From: a virus | Taxonomy: Duplodnaviria > Caudoviricetes | DNA: 51,592 nucleotides | Direction: 5' to 3' (one strand) | IMG/VR virus record: IMGVR_UViG_3300043764_000039 | Coordinates: 1-51,592 of that record | In this document: positions 26,594 through 35,897 of the stretch, in pieces | Layout of the letters: each line of letters begins with the position of its first letter | Numbering within the stretch: position 1 is the stretch's first letter | The notes under the pieces: model-generated | Database searches by the model: none | The model's input: the letters and a program-made list of their open reading frames with translations, nothing else | Told to the model about the DNA's origin: nothing | Position numbers and translations under genes: made by a program

Positions 26594-27891
26594 ACCTCGA
26601 CGCGATGCGACGCTCCGCGCGCCGCCTCACCAACCTCGTGCAGCAGCCGAAGGCCGCGAGCTGGTACCGGATCAGCAACGACGCCAGCGGGCCGACGCGG
26701 GTGGACATCTACGACGAGATCGGCGGCGGCGGCTGGTTCTCCACCGGCGTGACGGCGGTCGACTTCATCGCCGAGCTGGCGCAGATCACCGGCGACATCG
26801 AGGTACACCTCAACAGCCCGGGCGGGGACGTCTTCGACGGCCTGGCGATCTACAACAGCCTGGCGCAGCGGCCCGGCAAGGTGACCACGATCGTGGACGG
26901 TCTCGCCGCGTCCGCCGCCTCGTTCATCGCCATGGCTGGCACGACCCGGGTGATCTCTCCGGGCGCGATGATGATGATCCACGAGGCGTCCGGCCTGTGT
27001 GTCGGCAACGCCGGCGACATGCGCGAGACCGCCGAACTCCTCGACAAGGTCAGCGAGAACATCGCCAGCATCTACTCGGCGCACTCGGGCCGCGCGGACG
27101 GCTGGCGCGACGCCATGAAGGCCGAGACCTGGTACACCGCCGACGAGGCAGTCGCGGCCGGCCTCGCCCACCGGGTCGCGGAGCGCCCGGCAGAAGGCGC
27201 GCTGACCGCGGCGGCCGCCTGGGACCTGACGGCGTTCGCCCGGGTGCCGGAGCGACTGCGGAACGCGGCGCAGCAGAAGCCCCAGGCGCCGGCCGGCGAC
27301 GGCGAATCGGCCGAGGGCATGCAGTGCCCGGCCTGCCAGGAGCCCAACGAGGCGGACGCCAACTACTGCGACCAGTGCGGCGCCAAGATGGCCAGCGGCG
27401 ACGGCGCAGCGGCCCGCGTCGGCGCCACGGTGCTCGGCGTCGAGTCGACGCCGATCGTGGCCCGGGCCCTGCCGGTGCACCACACGGCCACCGTGGACGA
27501 GCCGTGGGACGGCCCGGCCGCGGTGGCGGCGATGCCGAACGACGACGAGGTGCTGGAGTACTGCCACGCCTGGCAGTCCGCCGAGGCCGCCGCGATGCCG
27601 CACCGCGAGCACGACGACGACGCCGACGACCAGAAGGCCAACTACAAGTTCCCCCACCACAAGGGCAAGGGCGCCCCGGCGAACCTGCCCGCGTGCCGCA
27701 ACGGGCTCGCTCGGCTGGCCAACGCCGACATCCCCGACCTCGATCGGGCCGGCGTCAAGGCGCACCTTCAGGCGCACCTCGACGACGCCAAGAGCACCGA
27801 CGACAGCACCCAGGACCACGCCGGGCTGCCCGGCTGGCTCCACGACACCGCGCCGGTCCCGGCGTGGCTCAACTCCGTCAAGGAGGCGTAG
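26590..27891 (+). CDS. ClpP-type prohead protease with Zn ribbon and extra C-terminal domain
   Basis: NSPGGDVFDG, GLAASAAS, MMIH, ETWYTADEA; CPAC...CDQC. Confidence 0.93.
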   Translation: MNLDAMRRSARRLTNLVQQPKAASWYRISNDASGPTRVDIYDEIGGGGWFSTGVTAVDFIAELAQITGDIEVHLNSPGGDVFDGLAIYNSLAQRPGKVTTIVDGLAASAASFIAMAGTTRVISPGAMMMIHEASGLCVGNAGDMRETAELLDKVSENIASIYSAHSGRADGWRDAMKAETWYTADEAVAAGLAHRVAERPAEGALTAAAAWDLTAFARVPERLRNAAQQKPQAPAGDGESAEGMQCPACQEPNEADANYCDQCGAKMASGDGAAARVGATVLGVESTPIVARALPVHHTATVDEPWDGPAAVAAMPNDDEVLEYCHAWQSAEAAAMPHREHDDDADDQKANYKFPHHKGKGAPANLPACRNGLARLANADIPDLDRAGVKAHLQAHLDDAKSTDDSTQDHAGLPGWLHDTAPVPAWLNSVKEA

Positions 27892-29292
27892 ATGACGATT
27901 ACGATCCCGGACAGCCCGGCCGCCCTGGCGGAGACCCTGGCCGACGCCAGCAAGATGAAGGAGCTGTGGGCCAGCAAGGAAGCCCTCGGCGAGTTCATCG
28001 AGGGCTACGCGCAGGCCGTCGACAAGGCACAGCGCGGCGAGATCAACGCCGAGGCCCGCGAGCAGATGCAGCTCGTCCTCGCCGAGTACCTCAAGAGCAA
28101 CGGCGGCGACGCCAAGCCGCCGGTCGACATGGCCGGTGACCGCGCCCACGCCATGCGCCCCGAGATCCAGGGCCTGCCCGCCGGCGCCCGCAAGAGCCTC
28201 TACAACAAGCGCGCCCCCGGCGCCGCCGCCGACGGGATCTTCGACGACCCGGCCGAGTTCTTCCGGGCGACCTGGTACAAGGCGCCGACCCTGCGCGACT
28301 TCGATCAGCTGCGGCCGAAGCTCAGCCGGCTCATGGAGGTCCAGAACGCCTACAGCAGCGAGACGCCCGGTGACGGTGGCTTCCTGATCCCCGAGACGCT
28401 TCGGGACGCGATCCTCCGCGTCGCGCTGGAGACCGCCGTCGTGCGGCCGCGCGCCACGGTGATCCCGATGAACAGCCTGCGGGTGCCGATCCCGATGATC
28501 GACGACACCAGCCACCAGTCCAGCATCCTCGGCGGCGTTCAGGCGTTCTGGACTGAGGAGGCCGCGGGTCTCACCCAGTCCTCGGCGTCGTTCGGCCGGG
28601 TCGTCCTGGACGCCCGGAAATTGACGGCGTATGCGGAGGTGCCGAACGAACTGTTGCAGGACGCCCCGGCGTTCGCGGCGTTCTTCGACACCACGTTCCC
28701 GCTCGCCATCTCCTGGTACGAGGACGTGGCGTTCCTCACCGGCACCGGCGTCGGCGAGCCGCAGGGCTTCATCAACAGCCCGGTGGCCGTGCAGGTCGCG
28801 GCCGAAAGCGGACAACCGACCCAGACCATCGTGTGGGAGAACATCGTCAAGATGTACTCCCGCATGCTGCCGTCCAGCCTGGGCCGGGCGGTGTGGATCG
28901 TGTCGCCCGACACGTTCCCGCAGCTCGCCACCATGGCTCTGTCAGTTGGAACCGGCGGCGGACCCATTTGGATCGGCAACTACTCCGGCGGCCAGGGCGG
29001 CATGGACACCCCGCCGGCCACGATCCTCGGCCGCCCGGTGATCATCTCCGAGAAGGTCAACGCCCTCGGCACCAGCGGTGACATCAACTTCGTCGACCTG
29101 TCGTACTACCTGGTGGGCGACCGGATGGCGATGGAGACCTCGACCTCCGAGCACTACCAGTTCGCCACCGACAAGACGGCCTACCGCGTGATCGAGCGTG
29201 TCGACGGCCGGCCGTGGCTGCAGTCCCCGATCACCCCGCGCAACGGCAGCGCGAACACCCTGAGCCCCGTCGTCCAGCTCGCGTCTCGCTAA
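27892..29292 (+). CDS. Major capsid protein (HK97 fold)
   Basis: GGFLIPE, GTGVGEPQG, TILGRPV, RVDG. Confidence 0.93.
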   Translation: MTITIPDSPAALAETLADASKMKELWASKEALGEFIEGYAQAVDKAQRGEINAEAREQMQLVLAEYLKSNGGDAKPPVDMAGDRAHAMRPEIQGLPAGARKSLYNKRAPGAAADGIFDDPAEFFRATWYKAPTLRDFDQLRPKLSRLMEVQNAYSSETPGDGGFLIPETLRDAILRVALETAVVRPRATVIPMNSLRVPIPMIDDTSHQSSILGGVQAFWTEEAAGLTQSSASFGRVVLDARKLTAYAEVPNELLQDAPAFAAFFDTTFPLAISWYEDVAFLTGTGVGEPQGFINSPVAVQVAAESGQPTQTIVWENIVKMYSRMLPSSLGRAVWIVSPDTFPQLATMALSVGTGGGPIWIGNYSGGQGGMDTPPATILGRPVIISEKVNALGTSGDINFVDLSYYLVGDRMAMETSTSEHYQFATDKTAYRVIERVDGRPWLQSPITPRNGSANTLSPVVQLASR

Positions 29293-29345
29293 CCGCAGCG
29301 GCAGTGACGCCCCGCTAACAGTCCCAGTCTCAGGAGGTACAGCAG

Positions 29346-29771
29346 ATGGCAGGCATGGAAGGACTCGGCCGGGTCCTGGACGTGATCCCGATCGCGGCCG
29401 GGCAGGCGTTCAAGTTCCGCGGCGCCTCGGCGATCACCGTCGTGTGCACCGGCAACGACACGTTCACCATCACCGCGTCGTCCACCTACGGCGGCTCGTA
29501 CACCAGCCCCGGCAACCTCATCAACCACTACTACCAGCGCGCGGACACCAACGGTACGCACGCGTGGACCAAGCAGACGCAGACCGCCAGCAACGCCGTC
29601 GTGCAGGCCAACTCCGGCTACACCACCGTCGCCGAGATCCTGACCTCGACGATCTCCGACCCCAACGCCTACATCAAGGTGTCGGCGGCCGCCTCGGGCC
29701 TGGTCACGGTGATCCTCCACGACCTGACGGTCCAGCGGAAGCCGGCGAACCTCGAGATCCTGGGGAGCTGA
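29346..29771 (+). CDS. Putative head decoration protein
   Basis: Follows capsid, beta-rich, ends DLTVQRKPANL. Confidence 0.7.
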   Translation: MAGMEGLGRVLDVIPIAAGQAFKFRGASAITVVCTGNDTFTITASSTYGGSYTSPGNLINHYYQRADTNGTHAWTKQTQTASNAVVQANSGYTTVAEILTSTISDPNAYIKVSAAASGLVTVILHDLTVQRKPANLEILGS

Positions 29772-29773
29772 TC

Positions 29774-30253
29774 ATGGCGTCGCTCGTCAAGAACGTGGAC
29801 GTCCGCACGATCGCGGCCGGGATCATGGTCACCCGCACAGCGGCTCTGCTGCCGCAGACGACGACGGGGAACATCTACACGATCAGCGGCGGCCGAATCA
29901 TGGTCGTGTCGCTGACCGGCCTCGTCGTCGCTGCGACTCCGGCCACGGTAAACACCCTTGCGATCGGCATCACGCCCGCCTCGGGCACCGCGGTGAACAA
30001 CTCCATGGCCGCCGCCGTGTCCACGGCGTCGCTGGAGGCCGGAACGATGCTCAGCATCGGCTCCACCCCCGGCGCGAACCTGCAGGTCGGGACGAACGCG
30101 GGCAAGCCAGTCCAGACCACCGGTCATGCGGCGTGGGCGATCCAGGCCGGCACGATCACGCTGACCACCACGGGCAGCGCCGCCACCGGGACGATCCAGT
30201 GGGACCTGATCTACATCCCGCTCGACAACGGCGCGCAGGTCACGGCGGCCTGA
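29774..30253 (+). CDS. Putative virion structural protein
   Basis: Thr/Gly/Ala-rich, ends YIPLDNGA. Confidence 0.7.
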   Translation: MASLVKNVDVRTIAAGIMVTRTAALLPQTTTGNIYTISGGRIMVVSLTGLVVAATPATVNTLAIGITPASGTAVNNSMAAAVSTASLEAGTMLSIGSTPGANLQVGTNAGKPVQTTGHAAWAIQAGTITLTTTGSAATGTIQWDLIYIPLDNGAQVTAA

Positions 30254-30254
30254 C

Positions 30255-30734
30255 GTGGCACTCGAAGTCTGCCCTGCCTGTACCTGCCAGTTCGCGGTGG
30301 GGCTGTTCCGCTGCCCGCAGTGCGGCACCGTCGCCCCACTGTTCGCCGACCATCCGAACGAGGAGGAACCCATGGCGCGGATCACGGTCGCCGACGGCCC
30401 GTCCAACGCCGCCGCGCAGCCCGGCGAACCCGGCTACATCGAGCCGACCCCGGAAGGGAGTGAACCGCCATCTCCTGGTACCAGCTCCTCGACATCCGCC
30501 GACAAGCCCGCGCCGAGTGGGAACGAGACCCCAGTGTCGTCGGCCCCCCAACCGCCTGCCCCCAGTGCGGAGAGCCCCTCCTCCCCGGCCCCCCTTCCGA
30601 CGCCGGCATCTGGTTCTGCCGGTTCGACGGATGGGCCTACCCCCGCGACTGGATCCGGCCCGAGCCTCCCGCAGGCCTCTTCGACGGCGTCGCCGAAGGC
30701 CCCGGCTCCTACAGCGGACTCCCCTAGCGCGTGA
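30255..30734 (+). CDS. Zn-ribbon protein with Ser/Pro low-complexity tail; in-frame internal start at 30372
   Basis: CPAC...CPQC; GAGGAGG SD before ATG 30372. Confidence 0.65.
   Translation: MALEVCPACTCQFAVGLFRCPQCGTVAPLFADHPNEEEPMARITVADGPSNAAAQPGEPGYIEPTPEGSEPPSPGTSSSTSADKPAPSGNETPVSSAPQPPAPSAESPSSPAPLPTPASGSAGSTDGPTPATGSGPSLPQASSTASPKAPAPTADSPSA
30470..30727 (+). CDS. Hidden 85-aa overlapping gene, putative ATC start
   Basis: (I)SWYQLLDIRRQARAEWE...ACPQCGEPL...WFCRFDGWAYPRDW...; GC3 bias in this frame; SD GGGAGTGA upstream. Confidence 0.65.
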   Translation: MSWYQLLDIRRQARAEWERDPSVVGPPTACPQCGEPLLPGPPSDAGIWFCRFDGWAYPRDWIRPEPPAGLFDGVAEGPGSYSGLP

Positions 30735-30740
30735 CCCACA

Positions 30741-30760
30741 CCCCCGGCTTCGGCCGGGGG
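30741..30760 (+). terminator. Stem-loop with cUUCGg tetraloop
   Basis: CCCCCGGC-TTCG-GCCGGGGG. Confidence 0.6.
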
Positions 30761-30784
30761 CTCGACTGAACGAGGAGGTGCCCG

Positions 30785-31066
30785 GTGCCCACCCAGACGA
30801 CGACCACGACGTCCGCCCAGGTGTCCGTCACCAACGCGGCGACCGCCCTGGACCAGAACACTGCGGGCGCTCGGTCCCTCCTGGTCCGCAACCGCGGCTC
30901 GGTCGCGGTGTACGTGGGCGGCGCAGCGGTGACCACCAGCACGGGTTTCCAGCTCGACCCCGGGGAGTCCGCGACTGCCGACTTCCCGACCTTCGGCGGG
31001 GGCCTGTGGGGCATCACCGCGTCCTCGACTGCCCGGGTTGACGTGCTGGAGGTGGGGCGGCAGTGA
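30785..31066 (+). CDS. Small beta-rich virion accessory protein
   Basis: SD GAGGAGG; VRNRGSVAVYVG...TGFQLDPG. Confidence 0.75.
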   Translation: MPTQTTTTTSAQVSVTNAATALDQNTAGARSLLVRNRGSVAVYVGGAAVTTSTGFQLDPGESATADFPTFGGGLWGITASSTARVDVLEVGRQ

Positions 31067-31617
31067 CCGTGCGTCTCACCCCGGCGAAGCCGCTCGTCGT
31101 CCCGCCCAAGAGCGGCTGGTTCTACCCGGTCGACGGGCAGGGCGGCAGCCGGACGATGGTTTACCAGCAGCTGTGGCTGTTCCCCTATGACCTGCTGCGC
31201 GCGAGCACCGCGGCCAGCATCGCGTGCAACGTCACCACCGGTGGCACGGCGGGCAGCACCATCCGGCTCGGCGTCTACAACTCGGACGGGGCGGGCGGTG
31301 TCGGTGGGCTGCTGGTCGACGCGGGAACAGTGGATGGCAGCACGACCGGCGTGAAGACCGTCAGCTCGCTCACGTCAGCCACCGCGGCGGACCGGCTGTG
31401 GCTCGGCGCAGTGTGGCAGGGCGTCAACACCACCGCGCCGGTGCTGCAGGCCTACAGCAAGGCGCTCGCGGGCGTCGGCTGGTCGAGCTTTGTCCAGTTC
31501 CCGCCAATCATCGGCTGGACCTGGACCGGCATCAGCGGGGCCCTGCCCGCCACCCTCGGCGCGCCGGCCGGCATGGAGAACAACAACACCCCCTCCGTCC
31601 AGATCACCTTTGCCTGA
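31063..31617 (+). CDS. Beta-sandwich virion accessory protein
   Basis: IRLGVYNSDG...LLVDAG; GTGA overlap. Confidence 0.7.
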   Translation: MTVRLTPAKPLVVPPKSGWFYPVDGQGGSRTMVYQQLWLFPYDLLRASTAASIACNVTTGGTAGSTIRLGVYNSDGAGGVGGLLVDAGTVDGSTTGVKTVSSLTSATAADRLWLGAVWQGVNTTAPVLQAYSKALAGVGWSSFVQFPPIIGWTWTGISGALPATLGAPAGMENNNTPSVQITFA

Positions 31618-31654
31618 CCCCACCACCAGCGGCACCGCGCCAGGAAGGAGCGAC

Positions 31655-32209
31655 ATGAAGGGCAACGCCGGCCACACGGCCAAGCACGCAGGCAGCACCA
31701 AGCACGTGGGCACCGGCAAGCACCGGCCGTCGTCCAAGGCGCAGCAGGCTGCCGCGAAGAAGTGGCAGTCCGCGGGCGCCCACGCGTCGCACGTGCACGC
31801 CGTGGCGCGCCACCAGAGCCACGCGAAGCCGGCGAAGTGGTCCCCGAACTTGGACATCGCGTGCTGCGCTGCGGAGGCGCTGGCCGCGTCGCTCCGGCTG
31901 GCCGGGCGCGCCGTCAGCGACCGGGATGTGCTGGACCTGTACTGGCTGACCGCGGGCGACGCGGACGCGGGCGCTGGCCTGTGGGCGACGATCGAGGCCG
32001 CCGCCGAGCATGGGCTGGCCGGCGTGCGCCCGCTTGACGCCCGCCCCGCCACCGAGCTGGCCGCGGGCGTGGTGCTGGGCCTGGAGCTGGTGGAGCGGCA
32101 TGCGGTCACCGTGGACGGGCACGGCGTGTGGACGTGGGGCGAGTGGCGGCCGGTGTCCTGCGGGCTGCTGGCGGCCGCTGACGAGGCGTGGGTGATCACA
32201 TGGCCGTGA
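31655..32209 (+). CDS. His/Lys-rich N-terminus plus possible papain-fold (C39-like) domain
   Basis: SD GGAAGGAG; CCAAEALA...HAVTVDG...TWG. Confidence 0.6.
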   Translation: MKGNAGHTAKHAGSTKHVGTGKHRPSSKAQQAAAKKWQSAGAHASHVHAVARHQSHAKPAKWSPNLDIACCAAEALAASLRLAGRAVSDRDVLDLYWLTAGDADAGAGLWATIEAAAEHGLAGVRPLDARPATELAAGVVLGLELVERHAVTVDGHGVWTWGEWRPVSCGLLAAADEAWVITWP

Positions 32210-33261
32210 CGACCCCTTGCTACTGCACCCGTGAGGACGTCAAGCGGGCCATCGACGTGCACGAGACCGCCCGCGCCAACTGGCAGATCGACCGGGCGAT
32301 CCAGTCAGCCGCTCGGAACATCGAGGGGTTCCTGCACAGGCGCTTCTACCCCGAGGACACCACCCGCTACTTCGACTGGCCCAACTTCCAGTACGCCTAC
32401 CCCTGGCGGCTCTGGTTCGACCAGTGGGACCTGGCCGCGATCCCGACCTCGGTGACCACGGGCGGCGTCAGCATCCCGCTGACCGCGTGCAACTTCGAGC
32501 CGGTCAACAGCGGGCCCCCGTACACGTATCTCGAGCTGCGCCGGGACCAGCCATACAGCTTCGGGGTCAGTTCAACCCCGCAGCGGGACGTGGCGATCAC
32601 CGGCACCTGGGGCTACACGGCCGCAACCGACCCAGCCGGGCAGCTCGCGTCCACGATCTCCTCGACGACATCGCCCATCGTGATTGTCTCCGACGGCAGC
32701 GCGGTTGGCGTCGGAGACCTGCTGATCGTCGACAGCGAGCGGATGCTCGTCTCCGACCGGTCCACCCTCGACACCGGCCAGACCAACCTGTCTGGCGCGA
32801 CCACCGCTTCGGCGGCCGACGTCGCGATCACCGTCACCGACGGTACCCAGCTGCACGTCAACGAGGTCATCCAGGTCGACTCCGAGCGGATGCTCATCGT
32901 CGACATCACCGGCAACACCGTGACCGTGAAGCGGGCGTGGGACGGCACCGTCTTGTCCACGCACTCCACCGGGGCGCACATCTACGCGTTCCGGACCCTG
33001 ACCGTGGCCCGCGGCCAGCTCGGCACCGTCGCGGCAACGCACGCCAACGGCGCGCCGGCCAGCATCCACCGCGTGCCGTCCCTGATCCGCGACCTGGCCA
33101 TCGCGGAGGCGACCAACCGCGTGCTGCAGGAGACCGGCGGCTACCGGGACCCGCAGGCCGAGGGCGCAGCGTCGGTCAACAACCTCGGCGCCGCCCTGGC
33201 GGACCTGTGGGACGAGGCCGAGACGGCTTTCGGCCGCAAGACAAGGCTTCGGGTGATCTGA
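32200..33261 (+). CDS. Head-tail adaptor with inserted duplicated beta domains
   Basis: YCTREDVK...RRFYP; VAITGTWGY; DSERML twice. Confidence 0.75.
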   Translation: MAVTTPCYCTREDVKRAIDVHETARANWQIDRAIQSAARNIEGFLHRRFYPEDTTRYFDWPNFQYAYPWRLWFDQWDLAAIPTSVTTGGVSIPLTACNFEPVNSGPPYTYLELRRDQPYSFGVSSTPQRDVAITGTWGYTAATDPAGQLASTISSTTSPIVIVSDGSAVGVGDLLIVDSERMLVSDRSTLDTGQTNLSGATTASAADVAITVTDGTQLHVNEVIQVDSERMLIVDITGNTVTVKRAWDGTVLSTHSTGAHIYAFRTLTVARGQLGTVAATHANGAPASIHRVPSLIRDLAIAEATNRVLQETGGYRDPQAEGAASVNNLGAALADLWDEAETAFGRKTRLRVI

Positions 33262-33654
33262 ATGGCCAACAACGTCTACGTCACCGTGGAGAAGCTCGGC
33301 CCGACCGTGAACGGCATGGCCGAGCCGCTAGTCGGGCTGATGCTGGAGGGCGCGATCGCCGAGGTCGCGTCCTATACGAAGCACGAGGTCAGCATGGAGC
33401 TGATCAAGGTGCTGAAGCACCCGACGGGCTACTACGAGTCGAAGATCGTGGCGGACCCGGTCAGCGCCGAGATGTGGTCGATCAACGACTCGAACGTGAT
33501 CTACGGGCCGTGGCTGGAAGGCATCGGCTCCCGCAACAGCCCCGTGACCAAGTTCGCGGGTTACGCCACGTTCCGTCGCGTGCAGGGCCGCATGAGCCAG
33601 AAGGCCACGTCGATCGTGCAGGCCTGGGTCGACCGCACCATCGGGAGGCTCTGA
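33262..33654 (+). CDS. Neck/tail completion protein
   Basis: IYGPWLEG; position. Confidence 0.7.
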   Translation: MANNVYVTVEKLGPTVNGMAEPLVGLMLEGAIAEVASYTKHEVSMELIKVLKHPTGYYESKIVADPVSAEMWSINDSNVIYGPWLEGIGSRNSPVTKFAGYATFRRVQGRMSQKATSIVQAWVDRTIGRL

Positions 33655-34109
33655 TGACGATCAACATCAGCGGCATCCTCGACGGCCTCCAGTCGCACGC
33701 CATGGCTACCGGCCTGTTCGATCGGGTGTCCGGCCACGAGCCCAAGAACCCGCCCGGGTCGGGCCTGTCGTGCGCGTTCTGGGTGCAGGCCATCGCGCCT
33801 GTCCAGGCCGCCTCGGGCCTGGCCATCACGTCCGGGCGCCTGGAGTTCAATGCGCGGCTGTACAGCTCGTTCATTCAGCAGCCTGAGGACGCGATCGACC
33901 CGAACCTGGTCTCCGCGGTCGATGTGCTCCTGTCGGCGTACAGCGGTGACTTCGAGCTCGGCGGCAACGTCAGGAACGTGGACCTCCTCGGCCAGGCCGG
34001 GCCCGCGCTCAGCGCGCAGGCCGGCTACCTGACGCAGGGCGGCAAGACCTACCGCGTCTTCACGATCGTGATCCCGGTCATCGTCAACGATCTTTGGGGG
34101 CAGAGCTGA
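33654..34109 (+). CDS. Tail terminator-like protein
   Basis: HEPKNPP, DFELGGNV; position. Confidence 0.7.
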   Translation: MTINISGILDGLQSHAMATGLFDRVSGHEPKNPPGSGLSCAFWVQAIAPVQAASGLAITSGRLEFNARLYSSFIQQPEDAIDPNLVSAVDVLLSAYSGDFELGGNVRNVDLLGQAGPALSAQAGYLTQGGKTYRVFTIVIPVIVNDLWGQS

Positions 34110-35059
34110 TGGCAAAGACAAGCGGTCTCGGCGACGCCTTCTACCTGGGCGGCTACGACCTCAGTGGGGACATCAACAGCCTCCAGAAGATCAGCGGCAC
34201 GCTCGCGACACTCGACGTCACCTCAATCAACGACAGCGCCATGGAGCGGCTCGGCGGCAAGCGGGACGGCGCGGTGGACTTCACTGCGTACTTCAACCCA
34301 ACCGGGGCGCACCCGGTGCTGTCCGCGCTGCCCACGGCGGACGTGCAGGCCAGCTACCGGCGCGGCACCGTCCTGGGCAACCCGGCCGCGGAGATCGTCG
34401 CCCGGCAGATCGACTACAACGGGACCCGCGGGACCGACGGCTCCTACACGTTTCAGGTGGGTCTGCAGGGCGACGGCTTCGGCCTGGAGTGGGGCGTCCA
34501 GCTCACCCCGGGGCTGCGCACCGACACCGCCGCCACCGCCGGGACCGGTATCGACCAGGCCAACGGCCTCGTTACGCCCGCCGTCCCGGCGTCCGGGACA
34601 CCGCAGGCCAACGCCTCGCCGCTGCCGGTCCAGGTCGTCATCACCGGTGGCACGATGACGAACGTCGTCATCAACGGTGTGAGCGTGGGCACCGGCGCCG
34701 GAACGTACACGCTGCCCGCCGGGCAGTCGATCACGCTGACGTACACGGTGGCGCCGACCTGGACGTGGGCGGCACAGACCACGTCCGGCGCACAGGCCTA
34801 CCTACAGGTGACCGCGTTCACCGGCACCGACGTGACCGTGGCGATCCAGGACAGTGCGGACGGTGTCACGTTCGCCAACGTGTCCGGGCTGTCGTTCGCG
34901 CAGACCACCAGCGCGCCCGGGACGCAGCGCGTCGCCACCGCCAACAACGCGACGCTGCGCCGGTACGTGCGCGCCGTCACCAGCACGGTCGGCGGGTTTA
35001 CCAGCGCGACGTTCGCGGTGACTCTCGTGCGCAACCAGATCGCGGGGGTGGTCTTCTGA
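34109..35059 (+). CDS. Tail tube-like protein with C-terminal extra domain
   Basis: MAKTSGLG, LDVTSIN...ERLGG; IQDSADG...YVR C-domain. Confidence 0.65.
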   Translation: MAKTSGLGDAFYLGGYDLSGDINSLQKISGTLATLDVTSINDSAMERLGGKRDGAVDFTAYFNPTGAHPVLSALPTADVQASYRRGTVLGNPAAEIVARQIDYNGTRGTDGSYTFQVGLQGDGFGLEWGVQLTPGLRTDTAATAGTGIDQANGLVTPAVPASGTPQANASPLPVQVVITGGTMTNVVINGVSVGTGAGTYTLPAGQSITLTYTVAPTWTWAAQTTSGAQAYLQVTAFTGTDVTVAIQDSADGVTFANVSGLSFAQTTSAPGTQRVATANNATLRRYVRAVTSTVGGFTSATFAVTLVRNQIAGVVF

Positions 35060-35484
35060 TGTTCCGGATCCAGCCGGCGCTCGGCGTGGGCGCGTACCAG
35101 ACGTACAGCATCACGGCCCCGCACGACCGGACCGTCAAGGCCGCGTGCGAGGAAGTCGGCTGCGCAGCCTGGCTGAACGGCTGGCAGTCGACCGTGGATG
35201 AGTCGACCGAGCTTGGCCAGCGTCAGGCGGCGTACATCCGACAGCAGTCCGGCCGCACGTTCCACGAGCAGCGCACCGCCGCCGGCCTGACGGTCTTCAC
35301 GTTCGACAGCCACCAGCGCTGCTTCGCCGACCACCGCACCCGGCCGGAGATCTACGCGGTGCGGGATGGCGACTGGCGCGGCAACCCGACCGGGCGCACC
35401 CGGATGCACGCCAACGCCCGGGACTGGACTGAGGACTTCGGCGAGCACCAGCAGCGCATTGCCGACCAACACGAGAAGGGCTGA
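35059..35484 (+). CDS. Hypothetical tail-region protein
   Basis: TGATG overlap; CEEVGC...GDWRGNP. Confidence 0.75.
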   Translation: MFRIQPALGVGAYQTYSITAPHDRTVKAACEEVGCAAWLNGWQSTVDESTELGQRQAAYIRQQSGRTFHEQRTAAGLTVFTFDSHQRCFADHRTRPEIYAVRDGDWRGNPTGRTRMHANARDWTEDFGEHQQRIADQHEKG

Positions 35485-35486
35485 CC

Positions 35487-35894
35487 ATGGCCAAGAGCAC
35501 TGGCCTCGGGTGGACGACGCTGTCGGTCGACGACGCGACCAACACCCAGCAAGCGATCAAGAACGACATCACCAACCTCCAGTTCGCGACGCCGCGCGCC
35601 GTCCAGGACGTCACCGGTATCGACAAGTCGGCGATCGAGAGGCTCCTGCTCCTCGCCGACTTCTCGATCACCCTCACCGGGGTTTTCAACCCGGCGACCA
35701 ACGCAGAGCACGACGTCTTCAAGACCGTGCCGTCCACCAGCGTCAACAGGCTCGTGACGATCGTCACGAACGGCAAGACGTTGGCGCCCACGGTGCTGTT
35801 CACCGACTACTCGATCACCCGCGCCGCCGCCGGTGAGCTGACCTTCTCTGCGCCCGGCGTCCTCGCCAACGGCGTCGTCCCCACCTGGAGCTGA
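35487..35894 (+). CDS. Major tail (tube) protein
   Basis: MAKSTGLG, QDVTGIDKSAIERL; directly before chaperone. Confidence 0.75.
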   Translation: MAKSTGLGWTTLSVDDATNTQQAIKNDITNLQFATPRAVQDVTGIDKSAIERLLLLADFSITLTGVFNPATNAEHDVFKTVPSTSVNRLVTIVTNGKTLAPTVLFTDYSITRAAAGELTFSAPGVLANGVVPTWS

Positions 35895-35897
35895 CCG

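Noticed and set aside
26383-28815. Long antisense/alternate-frame ORFs (e.g. 810 aa here, 498-1922, 4040-5716, 24722-26551)
   Set aside because: Shadow ORFs typical of high-GC coding DNA; they overlap genes with clear motifs.
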